Source: an uncultured Alphaproteobacteria bacterium (GTDB lineage: Bacteria; Pseudomonadota; Alphaproteobacteria; HIMB59; GCA-002718135). Taken from it: a stretch of 64,000 bases of DNA. The translations under genes and the position numbers were made by a program. The stretch is from the NCBI GenBank assembly GCA_902522015.1, contig CABYTX010000002.1, forward strand, positions 716 to 64,715. The letters are read 5' to 3'. Each line of letters begins with the position of its first letter. The first letter of the stretch is position 1. Below the pieces are notes generated by a model. The model had not been told where the DNA came from and made no database searches. It saw nothing but the letters and a program-made list of their open reading frames with translations. This document shows, one piece after another, positions 17,801 through 25,725 of this stretch.

Positions 17801-20054
17801 CTCCCTCCGAATAACCATGGTCACCATAACTACCGACTGCCAAAACATCAGCATCACCATCTAGAGCTACACTTACTCCAAATAAATCAGATACCTCAAT
17901 AACAGGAGCATTATTATCTCCCTGACTCAATAAATTTATATTGTTAGAACCAGTATAACCAGCACCTATTGTGCCTACGTGTTCACCACCTGCGTATGAT
18001 GTATCACTAAAAGTAATTAAATAAACTGCACCTGCATTTTTATAATCACCATCATAACCATCATCACCCGTTGCTCCAATTGCTAGTCGTTTTCCTGTGC
18101 TATCAAAAGATACAGATCGTCCAAATTTATCATCTTTACCTATAGTGCTGATATTTATATTAAGACCTCCGGTATATCCTTTTCCTATACGACCCATGAG
18201 TGTAGCATTTGTAAAATCGCCATCATCAAATTTATACAAATATACTTCTCCAGATGATGATGATTGATTTGAAGATCCTTTACCGTGCCTTGCTCCAACT
18301 ACCATTAAAGTAGCATCATCACTAATGCTAACATCTGATCCAAAATTATCATCTATTTCTAGATTTTCTTCATTTAGATTTCCATCTAGTAATGTATCTA
18401 CGTAATCGTGTCCAATCAATCCTCGATAGATCCAATTTTGTGATGTTACACCTGTTCCAACAGTTATATTTTTTGGATCAAGTAATAAATGACCACCTTC
18501 TGATATATTAACATTTGATAATCCCACATGGCGTAAGGTATCTTTCGAAGAAATCTCAACTGCACCACCTGTTGTTCCTGTTGCATCAATATTACCAAGC
18601 ATAGTTGTTTCTTGATCACTCCAAATAATTGCGGTACCGGCTTTTCCTTCAGATGATGATATATCAATCCTAGAACCGTCCGAGACTAAAACTGTTTTTG
18701 CATTTGTGAGCGATCGTCTTTCACCCCATCTATCAACAAAAACATCTTGTTGTTCTGCAGTTCTTGTTAAATTATTATTGCCTTGAAACTCTCCACCAAT
18801 ACGAACTAAACCACCTTGGGTATTACCTGCTACATCAATCTTAGAGGATAATAATCGAATATATCCCTCTGATTCTAAGTCAATATATCCACCTTGTTGA
18901 TTACCTTTTGCGGAAACTGAACCAGAAGACATAATATTAGGTGCGGATAAAAGAATATTACCACCATTGGTATTTCCTGATGAATTAATTTCACTGCTAT
19001 AACTTTGAACAATTTTATATTCAGATTTAATATTAATAGCACCACCACTATTTTGAGTAGAAGAAGCATTTAAATTCCCTCCCAATGAAATTTCTCCAGA
19101 ACTATTTAAATTTATTGAGCCTGCATTTGTTCCGGATACATCAACTTCTCCTCCAAAAGATAAAAAGTCTCCCTCTACATTAATGTTACCACCCTCTTTT
19201 GCTGTTAAGTTTCCTGCAACAACAATGTCGCTTCCACTTCCAAGAGTAATGACACCGTTTTGTTGTGAAGCCGTAGTTGCAACAAGATTGCCGGGAATAT
19301 TAACAGCACGCTGAACAACATTTTTGGCAGCACCCACATCAATGTCTATTCTATTTCCCGTTGATGTTCCTGCATGATTTATAATTGTACTTAATTCTTC
19401 TGCATTTTGATCGAGCAAGGTAATGGCTTCAGTAAAGGGGATGCTTACTTGTAAAAATTTATCACCACTTAAGTCTAATGTTATTTCTTTTCCAGCTCCT
19501 ATGCCAATTTTACCAAGATTAGCATTAATCGTGCCTTCATTATCAACAGCACCACCTAATAAGGCAGTAAACCCTCCATCCAAAGTTGTAATAGAACCTT
19601 TATGAACGATAGAAGAAAAAATATTATCTACGTCATCTAGTTTAAATAATAATTTATTATTAAGAAAATCGTCATTGGATAAAGCAAGGGTGGACGCAGC
19701 AAATGAATGAGCGTTGATTGTTGACGTAGGTGTAAAATAGACGCCGTTTTCATTCACAACAAAAACTTTACCATTGGCATTTAGTACACCAGCTAATGTT
19801 GTTGGATTGCCAGAAATGACTCTATTAAGTGCACTAGCAGCTGCAGAAGGTTGATTAAAAGTAACTGTATTATTTTCTCCAATGTTAAAACTATTCCATT
19901 CTATGATAGCTTGGTCTGATTGCTGTTGAATTGTCAGCGTCTGATCATCAGTAGTAAGTGAAACATCACCTGATATCGTTGTACTTCCACTCGGTAATTC
20001 AGCAAATAAATGAAGTGAATAAAAAAAGAATAAAATAATTACAAATACTCTCAT
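14814..20054 (-). CDS. Two-partner-secretion exoprotein (TpsA) with a filamentous-haemagglutinin-type N-terminal TPS domain and 12 FG-GAP-like repeats
   Basis: 1746 aa with signal peptide MRVFVIILFFFYSLHLFA. The TPS domain reads IIEWNSFNIGENNTVTFNQPSAAASALNRVISGNPTTLAGVLNANGKVFVVNENGVYFT (NPNL- and NPNGI-like motifs). A Gly/Asn/Ser-rich beta-helix-like segment follows, then the FG-GAP-like repeats. A KTYDGTTSA segment lies near the C-terminus. Confidence 0.85.
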   Translation of the reverse strand: MRVFVIILFFFYSLHLFAELPSGSTTISGDVSLTTDDQTLTIQQQSDQAIIEWNSFNIGENNTVTFNQPSAAASALNRVISGNPTTLAGVLNANGKVFVVNENGVYFTPTSTINAHSFAASTLALSNDDFLNNKLLFKLDDVDNIFSSIVHKGSITTLDGGFTALLGGAVDNEGTINANLGKIGIGAGKEITLDLSGDKFLQVSIPFTEAITLLDQNAEELSTIINHAGTSTGNRIDIDVGAAKNVVQRAVNIPGNLVATTASQQNGVITLGSGSDIVVAGNLTAKEGGNINVEGDFLSFGGEVDVSGTNAGSINLNSSGEISLGGNLNASSTQNSGGAINIKSEYKIVQSYSSEINSSGNTNGGNILLSAPNIMSSGSVSAKGNQQGGYIDLESEGYIRLLSSKIDVAGNTQGGLVRIGGEFQGNNNLTRTAEQQDVFVDRWGERRSLTNAKTVLVSDGSRIDISSSEGKAGTAIIWSDQETTMLGNIDATGTTGGAVEISSKDTLRHVGLSNVNISEGGHLLLDPKNITVGTGVTSQNWIYRGLIGHDYVDTLLDGNLNEENLEIDDNFGSDVSISDDATLMVVGARHGKGSSNQSSSSGEVYLYKFDDGDFTNATLMGRIGKGYTGGLNINISTIGKDDKFGRSVSFDSTGKRLAIGATGDDGYDGDYKNAGAVYLITFSDTSYAGGEHVGTIGAGYTGSNNINLLSQGDNNAPVIEVSDLFGVSVALDGDADVLAVGSYGDHGYSEGGSERDDSGSVFMISLNSDFKGGEVKSRIGHGYTYNTGSDCYANSTCASFSQDFDTESETDLKLNRRDRLGWSVTLNHEGSLLAASRIFDDGKGNNATNAGAVNLFKFMKDGSVVSAETGTATYVGTIGYGYDYLDTSDDSEHTETLGSQDVLGKSVAFDKDANRLAVSFNDKLSEGGTTKPGGVHLYNLTDNLASASYVATIGDGYSGGKNVDLSAYMDAKDLFGDGVDLNETGSRLVISGMLASGNSNTQSKSGEVMLIKFDDDAFSSGEIYGIVGSGYGASNLDIDDQLDSNDQFGRGISLDRDGDRMAVTSTYDDGSDDLQTNTGAVYLFTFADTNFSTPEFKGKIGKGYTGSNNLDINSLANNERAWRVALDGDGDRLAFSGYKTTTGAVETGSVYLVTFGDNFSTPEHVGTIGRSYPSDNEHNLSISTLDDGDLFTSVALTDDGSGLVVGAQRDDGYDDTATNAGAVHLIRFSNTDFDNPNHVGTIGSGYTGNNNENISSILDNNDNFASHIALTKDGKILAVGTHKDDGFDGNYTDTGAVHLFTFGDNFSTPDYVASIGNKYEGNGGKDYDTSGISGFKAGQVAIDGDGNRLAIGHHDTDDVHVFGFQDTSLNGASLQFTIGLGQTGSNTLNATTHGLEDADEFPNSIAMDDTGTLMAVGATRDDGLGNDDGDGTDAGAVYLWSDTIMQGATSYTDFASDDVVINITELEEFLNNGVEVTLQANTDITISSAITVTGTGNLNLHAGRDVNINSNINTAADLEIIASDTNTNNVSDSDRDAGVGDVVASSASLTADDLTIKLLDGGTLTNASMGNINLSTVTATTGTLISDNFSISGASADDKTYDGTTSATVSGGTISGLNLTGTDLSISSSGSFLTADVENNKEVPINYQLSGFTSGSITIEDSNGPLETVPLANILSGSKTPPLPGVAPDEEKEKIVVQEKINKDVFDDVSRIVSFISVDGASNAALIQNEFITSFPQVDALSIQRL
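15729..18353 (-). repeat. Degenerate in-frame tandem repeat region inside tpsA (12 units, ~65-96 aa each, FG-GAP-like)
   Basis: Protein residues ~568-1442. The recurring unit is FGxSVxxDxxGxRLAxGAxxDDG....AGAVYLFxF followed by GTIGxGYTGxNN. The FG-position spacings that I counted are 73, 81, 96, 83, 71, 73, 73, 70, 73, 72 and 65 aa. Confidence 0.6.
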
Positions 20055-20145
20055 AATAATGTTTATCGCCTTTTAAAAATTTAGACCAAATTTTTGATAT
20101 TATTTATATATGTTTTAAAAAAAATATAGGTATTTTCTCAGTTTT

Positions 20146-21459
20146 TTAGGTGATGCGTTGATAAATTTTACCTAAATAAGAAAATAAAGTCAAAGCTCTG
20201 GCAATAAAGAAGATGCAGAGTGATAACCATAAGCCTGTATTACCAAAACTTGCTATTAAGAAAAAAGAAGCGACAATATAAATCACCACAGATACTATCA
20301 TTGCGTTTCGCAGTTCTGTTGTTTGGGATGCACCTACAAAAATACCATCAAATTGAAAACAGAAAGAGGAAATAAAAGGAATAATAACAATCCAATATGC
20401 ATAGGAAAAACAGATATCTCTAATCTCGGACAAATCAGTCATGGCAATAATAAAGTAATGATTACCAAAGAAAAAAATAACACATATTAATAAAGCTGTA
20501 GAAGCACTTAAAATAAAAGAATTTTTAATAACGTCTTTTAATAAACGTAAATTTTTAGAGCCAATAGAATATCCAACAATACCCTCTGTTGAAAATGCAT
20601 AGGCATCAAGAATAAACGCAGATAGCATCGTTAGATTAAGCAATATTGTGTTTGCAGCAACCGTCTCCTCACTAATAGAATTGCCAAGATAGGTAAAATA
20701 TAAGAAAGCAAATGTAAGAAGAATAGATCGGATAAATATATTAAAATTAATATTAAAAATATTTTTAATTTTTTTAAAGTTAAAAATCTTTTGTTTATCA
20801 TATTCTAACTGAGCAAACTTATTTAAATCAAAAAAAGTATAAAATAAAAAAATAATTGTTGTCAAAGAAGAAGAGACTAAAGTACCAAGAGCAACACCCT
20901 GAACATTCAAATTTAAATATAAAACAAAAAATAAGCTAAAGAGTATATTTGTAATAGAAAAGAAACCAATAATGATACTTGATGTTTTTGTTTTCTGTAA
21001 ACCAATAAACAATCCTGTAATTACAAAAATAGTAAGCTCTCCAAATGAGGAATAAATACGAAGATTAAAATAGTCTTTAAAATATTTTTTTGTTTCTAAT
21101 GATAGTTCAAATATAGATAATGATATTTGAAATATATATCTCTGAAAAATAATAAGTAGTAAGGAAATAATAATTACAAAAGAAATATTTCGTAAAAATA
21201 TATTTATAATTTCCTGATAATCTTTTGATCCATAAGCTTGAGCTACCATGCCGACCGTACCCATACGCAGGAAGCCAAAACTCCAGAAAATCATCGAAAA
21301 AACACTTGCTGCAATACTGGTAGCAACCAAGTAACTAGCATTATCAAGATTGCCCATTAGTCCTGTGTCAACAATGGCAACTAAAGGAATAGCTAAGTTT
21401 GCAAAAAATATTGGAATAGAAAGTTTAATTATATTTTTGATAGAAGATTTAGAGGACAT
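20146..21459 (-). CDS. MATE-family efflux transporter
   Basis: 437 aa, about 12 hydrophobic segments, and a MATE-like N-terminus (IIKLSIPIFFANLAIPLVAIVDTGLMGNL). Confidence 0.8.
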   Translation of the reverse strand: MSSKSSIKNIIKLSIPIFFANLAIPLVAIVDTGLMGNLDNASYLVATSIAASVFSMIFWSFGFLRMGTVGMVAQAYGSKDYQEIINIFLRNISFVIIISLLLIIFQRYIFQISLSIFELSLETKKYFKDYFNLRIYSSFGELTIFVITGLFIGLQKTKTSSIIIGFFSITNILFSLFFVLYLNLNVQGVALGTLVSSSLTTIIFLFYTFFDLNKFAQLEYDKQKIFNFKKIKNIFNINFNIFIRSILLTFAFLYFTYLGNSISEETVAANTILLNLTMLSAFILDAYAFSTEGIVGYSIGSKNLRLLKDVIKNSFILSASTALLICVIFFFGNHYFIIAMTDLSEIRDICFSYAYWIVIIPFISSFCFQFDGIFVGASQTTELRNAMIVSVVIYIVASFFLIASFGNTGLWLSLCIFFIARALTLFSYLGKIYQRIT

Positions 21460-21578
21460 TATAAATATTTAGATTTTTATTAGTAAAATTTGATAATAAA
21501 CTATTTATCCAATCACTAAAGTAACAAATTATTCACTATCTTTATTAATCAAATCTTATAAAGCATTACATACTTTAA

Positions 21579-22058
21579 ATGAAAATTGGCAGATACAAAT
21601 ACGAGTTTGATTTCTTTAGTTGGATCAAAAAAACAGAACTTGTTGAACTAGATGGTGTTAATCCATCTGATGATCCAGTGCGCCCAGAACTTGATAATGA
21701 CTTTCGAACTTCTAAAGGAAGAAAAATTTTTGGCCTTAAATATAAGGATGATATTGAGGGTATTGCCTGCTTTGCCTTTACAAATGAAATACCAGCAACC
21801 ATTAAAGAAATGGATTTGATGAGCGTCGAAGAAGATCAAGCAACTATACCAATTGCCTATACTTTATGGTCTTTTAAAAAAGGAGCAGGGAAAAAAATTA
21901 TGAAAGAATTGCAAAAATATATTAAATCAAAAGAGCAATTTGAAAGTATCATTACTATTTCGCCATTAACTCCAGTTGCTACACACTATCATATTCGAAA
22001 TGGTGCAAGATTAATAAAGATTAACCCTACAACGCAGAACTTCGAATATAAAATTTAA
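21579..22058 (+). CDS. Hypothetical protein, weakly GNAT-acetyltransferase-like
   Basis: 159 aa. WSFKKGAGKKIMKEL resembles GNAT motif A (Q/R-x-x-G-x-G/A), and THYHIRNGARLI resembles the following helix. There is no other recognisable signature. Confidence 0.35.
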   Translation: MKIGRYKYEFDFFSWIKKTELVELDGVNPSDDPVRPELDNDFRTSKGRKIFGLKYKDDIEGIACFAFTNEIPATIKEMDLMSVEEDQATIPIAYTLWSFKKGAGKKIMKELQKYIKSKEQFESIITISPLTPVATHYHIRNGARLIKINPTTQNFEYKI

Positions 22059-22067
22059 TACGTAGGG

Positions 22068-22089
22068 GTTCAAAAAGTATTATTTGAAC
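22068..22089 (+). terminator. Weak hairpin after the hypothetical gene
   Basis: GTTCAAA (22068-22074) pairs with TTTGAAC (22083-22089) around an 8-nt loop. T-rich sequence (TATTTATTTTA) follows. Confidence 0.3.
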
Positions 22090-22130
22090 TATTTATTTTA
22101 CAAATCGAAACAAAATAAATATTGTTGGAA

Positions 22131-23237
22131 ATGGCCTACCAGATAAATACTAATTATTCCGTTACTTTTGATGATGTTTTGCTCTCACCAGCGTATTCGG
22201 AGATCAAACCAAAAAATGTAGATACATCGATTACCATTGGAAAAATCAAATTACATATTCCCATACTCTCCGCTGCTATGGATACCGTGACAGAGAATAA
22301 GATGGCGATCAATCTCGCACTAAATGGTGGTCTAGGTGTTATCCACCGTAATATGCCAATTGATAAACAAGCAAGCGAAGTAAAAAAAGTTCATAGCTTT
22401 AAAGTTAACAGTAAAAAATTTCAAAATGCTGTAATTAATTCTAACAAAAAAATTGCAGTAGGCGCTGCAATTGGTGTTGAAAATAATGCTTACTTACGAC
22501 TATTGGAATTATTAAAAGTTGGTGTTGACATAGTCTTTATTGATGTTGCTCATGCACACACAAAAACAACTTTACAGTTTATTGAAAAAGCAAAAAAAGT
22601 TTTAAAGAAAACTCCTCTTATAGTTGGAAATATTGCTACAAAAAAAGCTGCATCAGATTTAATTAGTGCTGGTGTAGATGCAATTAAAGTAGGTATTGGT
22701 CCAGGATCAATTTGTACTACAAGAGTTGTGACTGGTGTTGGTATTCCTCAACTCTCCGCTGTAATGGATACATTTCAAGTTGCCAAAAAATTTAAAATTC
22801 CTGTGATTGCAGATGGAGGAATAAAAACATCAGGTGATATTGCAAAAGCTATAGCAGGTGGTGCAAGTGCTTGCATGATAGGGTCTTTATTTGCTGGTAC
22901 TGAAGAATCACCAGGGAAATTATTAACGATTAAAGGTAAAAAATTTAAATCCTATAGAGGTATGGGTTCGGTAGGAGCAATGCAAAAAGGTTCTTTTGAT
23001 CGATACTCCCAAGAAGAAACAAAGAATGCCAAAAAATTAGTGGCAGAAGGTGTTGAAGGGATGGTTCCATATAAAGGTAAAATAGAAGATGTAGCGTATC
23101 AACTTGTTGGTGGCTTAAGATCTTCCATGGGTTACACTGGTCATAAAACGATTAAGAAAATGCAAGGCAATTGTAAATTTGTGTTTATTTCTAAAGCAGG
23201 AGCCCGCGAAAGTAATGTCCACGATGTCATTATGTAA
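22131..23237 (+). CDS. guaB: IMP dehydrogenase lacking the CBS/Bateman subdomain
   Basis: Motifs are [15 protein letters not shown], the catalytic loop [16 protein letters not shown], the flap [29 protein letters not shown] and ESNVHDV. Only about 20 residues link EVKKVH to IAVGAAIG, where a ~110-aa CBS pair normally sits. I prefer the ATG at 22131 over the TTG at 22122. Confidence 0.85.
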   Translation: MAYQINTNYSVTFDDVLLSPAYSEIKPKNVDTSITIGKIKLHIPILSAAMDTVTENKMAINLALNGGLGVIHRNMPIDKQASEVKKVHSFKVNSKKFQNAVINSNKKIAVGAAIGVENNAYLRLLELLKVGVDIVFIDVAHAHTKTTLQFIEKAKKVLKKTPLIVGNIATKKAASDLISAGVDAIKVGIGPGSICTTRVVTGVGIPQLSAVMDTFQVAKKFKIPVIADGGIKTSGDIAKAIAGGASACMIGSLFAGTEESPGKLLTIKGKKFKSYRGMGSVGAMQKGSFDRYSQEETKNAKKLVAEGVEGMVPYKGKIEDVAYQLVGGLRSSMGYTGHKTIKKMQGNCKFVFISKAGARESNVHDVIM

Positions 23238-23279
23238 TAATGTATCGAATCATCATTGAATTGATACAATAAAACAAAA

Positions 23280-23771
23280 ATGACCTCAGCATCAACAAAA
23301 CATAAGGTAGCAATTGTGATGGGAAGTAAGTCTGATTACGCTACCATGAAAAATTGTGAAAAAATTTTAAGATTACTGAAAGTTAAATTTGAAACCAAAA
23401 TTGTTTCTGCACACCGTACGCCAGAGAGAATGTTTAAATTTGCCAAAGCAGCTGAAGATAATAATATCTCTGTCATTATTGCTGGTGCAGGAGGCTCCGC
23501 GCATTTACCAGGAATGATTGCATCATTAACAACTATACCTGTAATCGGTGTACCAGTGGAAAGTCGTAAATTAAAGGGATTGGATAGTTTGTTATCTATA
23601 GTACAAATGCCAAAAGGTATCCCTGTTGGTAGTGTGGCAATTGGTGAAGATGGAGCAATGAATGCCGGTTTATATGCAGCTTCCATTATTGCTCTTACGA
23701 ATAAAGAAATTAAGAAAAATTTAAAAAATTATCGAACTAAACAATCAAAAGCTGTTAAACAAAAACCATAA
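23280..23771 (+). CDS. purE: N5-carboxyaminoimidazole ribonucleotide mutase
   Basis: 163 aa with [16 protein letters not shown] and [10 protein letters not shown]. Confidence 0.92.
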   Translation: MTSASTKHKVAIVMGSKSDYATMKNCEKILRLLKVKFETKIVSAHRTPERMFKFAKAAEDNNISVIIAGAGGSAHLPGMIASLTTIPVIGVPVESRKLKGLDSLLSIVQMPKGIPVGSVAIGEDGAMNAGLYAASIIALTNKEIKKNLKNYRTKQSKAVKQKP

Positions 23772-23774
23772 GTC

Positions 23775-24818
23775 ATGAGTACACCCACACTTGGCATTAT
23801 CGGTGGTGGACAATTAGGAAGTCTTTTAGCAGATGCAGCAAAAAAAATAGATATACAAACCGTCATATTAAGTGATGATCCTGATGCGCCTGGACAACAC
23901 TTTGCGACTAAATTTATTTTTGGTCAGTATGATGATGATACAACGATAAATAATTTTATTGATGAAGTTGATCTTGTTACATATGAATTTGAAAATATTC
24001 CCTTTGCAATATTAAAAAAGATAAATGAAAAGAAACAAGTTTTACCTAAACCAGAAATTAATCGACTCATTCAACACCGGGAAACAGAAAAAAAATTTCT
24101 CAATAATAATAATATAACAACAACAAAATATGTAACTGTCAAAAATGAAAAGGATTTGAGTGAAAATGTAGACTTGCTTCCTGGTTTGTTAAAAACTACA
24201 ACTTTAGGATACGATGGCAAAGGTCAATATAAATTACATACTGTAGATGATATAACGGACGAAATTGATTTTACAAAAGAATACATATTAGAAAAACTCA
24301 TTCATCTTAAAAAAGAAATTTCAGTCGTCATTACTCGTTATGATCAAAGTAGTTATGAGATCTATGATCCTATTGAGAATGTTCATGAAGAACAAATTTT
24401 AAAATATTCAACAATACCAAGTGATATCTCAGATGACATACGAAAAAAATCGATTGAGTGGGCAAAACACGTTGTAGAAAAACTAGATTACATTGGAACG
24501 TTATGTGTAGAATTTTTTATTGATACTGATGATAATTTATATGCTAACGAAATTGCTCCTCGTGTTCATAATTCTGGACATCTGACAATGAACTCTCATA
24601 ATATTAGTCAATTTGAAAATCATGTACGAGCAGTATGCGGCTTAGAAAAGATTGAAACAAAAAAATTGTATAATGCCAAAATGATTAATTTAATTGGTGA
24701 TGAGATATCACCGTATCGAAATAAAATATTTAAGGATAACGAATTTTTTTATGATTATTTAAAAACAGAAATTAAGCAAAAAAGAAAAATGGGTCATTTA
24801 ACGATTATAGAAAAATAA
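23775..24818 (+). CDS. purK: N5-carboxyaminoimidazole ribonucleotide synthase
   Basis: 347 aa ATP-grasp protein with GIIGGGQLG, GYDGKGQ, NEIAPRVHNSGH and the C-terminal KMGHLT. Confidence 0.9.
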   Translation: MSTPTLGIIGGGQLGSLLADAAKKIDIQTVILSDDPDAPGQHFATKFIFGQYDDDTTINNFIDEVDLVTYEFENIPFAILKKINEKKQVLPKPEINRLIQHRETEKKFLNNNNITTTKYVTVKNEKDLSENVDLLPGLLKTTTLGYDGKGQYKLHTVDDITDEIDFTKEYILEKLIHLKKEISVVITRYDQSSYEIYDPIENVHEEQILKYSTIPSDISDDIRKKSIEWAKHVVEKLDYIGTLCVEFFIDTDDNLYANEIAPRVHNSGHLTMNSHNISQFENHVRAVCGLEKIETKKLYNAKMINLIGDEISPYRNKIFKDNEFFYDYLKTEIKQKRKMGHLTIIEK

Positions 24819-24828
24819 ATTATTAACT

Positions 24829-25725
24829 TTAATTAAATTGATCAGTTAACTTTGTTACCAGTTGATATTTATTGGCAACATTTACTAAATCTTCTCCTTC
24901 ACGAAAAGATTGTTTATCTAATTGTTTAGTGGGATCCCCTCCAGGCCATATTCGCCAACTATCATTATCAACGACATCAGATAAAACTAACGAATTATCC
25001 GATACTTTAAAACCAAGCTCAAACTTAATATCAACTAAATGTATAGGACCATCAATTGTCTTAATAGTTTTCCATTTGTCTTCAATAAGCTCAAAACTTG
25101 GAAGAATAATTTTATTAATAGCTATTTCTAATTCTTGATCAGACAATAATTTTTTGGTTTTCATCAAGCTTTTGCTTGTTATAGGTTGTTTGGCAGAAAA
25201 TAACTCCCATTCTTCTCCAGTTTTAACAAAAGGATCCGTAAATACACCCTCTTCCCATTTTCCATCTTTTAAAAATTGTCTTCTCGCTTCACTCTCATCC
25301 ATTTGAACAGGTTCTTCAACATGTGGAGGGATAACAACCGCTTGTTTATGAAATATTTCCCAAACTAAGTTTTCAAATTGGTGAGGATTACTTTTATCTT
25401 TTGCAAATTGAGTGTTTCTACTTAAGTAACTTCCCCATGCATAGCGCCTAACTACAAATTCTAAGGGAAGCATATTACAGTTGTAACTTAAAAGACTATT
25501 TGGCGAATCTTGTTCAATAAATGATGTTGCTATACCTGCCTTGGTTAGCATACTAAACACATTACTTGTTTGTTTTGTCTTTTGTATTCCAATATCTTTA
25601 ATTTCCTCTTTCTTCGCTGCATCCCCACCTGTTAAAAAATCTTTTGTTACAATTCGAATGATATTTTGATCATTTGTTTTCTCAATAATTTTTGTTTTTC
25701 CTTCAACTAAAAAAGAATTACTCAT
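24829..25725 (-). CDS. purC: Phosphoribosylaminoimidazole-succinocarboxamide synthase (long form)
   Basis: SAICAR-synthetase-like sequence (EGKTK.., LEFVVRRYAWGS, DIKFELG). I prefer the ATG at 25725 (MSNSFLVEGKTK), which overlaps the purD stop by 8 nt. The track start at 25767 lies inside purD. Confidence 0.85.
   Translation of the reverse strand: MSNSFLVEGKTKIIEKTNDQNIIRIVTKDFLTGGDAAKKEEIKDIGIQKTKQTSNVFSMLTKAGIATSFIEQDSPNSLLSYNCNMLPLEFVVRRYAWGSYLSRNTQFAKDKSNPHQFENLVWEIFHKQAVVIPPHVEEPVQMDESEARRQFLKDGKWEEGVFTDPFVKTGEEWELFSAKQPITSKSLMKTKKLLSDQELEIAINKIILPSFELIEDKWKTIKTIDGPIHLVDIKFELGFKVSDNSLVLSDVVDNDSWRIWPGGDPTKQLDKQSFREGEDLVNVANKYQLVTKLTDQFN

Noticed and set aside
14814-20054. TpsA as a contact-dependent inhibition toxin (CdiA)
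   Set aside because: There is no VENN or other pre-toxin motif. There is no polymorphic C-terminal toxin-like domain. No small immunity ORF follows, since the next gene is tpsB itself.
20118-20125. A8 homopolymer in the tpsA upstream region as a phase-variation switch
   Set aside because: Runs of this length are frequent throughout this AT-rich window, so there is no specific support.
22131-23237. Calling the CBS-less enzyme a GMP reductase (guaC)
   Set aside because: The flap and C-terminal motifs ([34 protein letters not shown]) match IMPDH rather than GuaC.
23242-23267. Imperfect hairpin (GTATCGAATC...GAATTGATAC) between guaB and purE as a terminator
   Set aside because: There is no downstream T-tract and the purE start is 13 nt away. 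It is more likely an mRNA structural element or chance, so it is not called.
23336-23686. 116-aa minus-strand ORF
   Set aside because: Antisense shadow of purE, whose identity is unambiguous.
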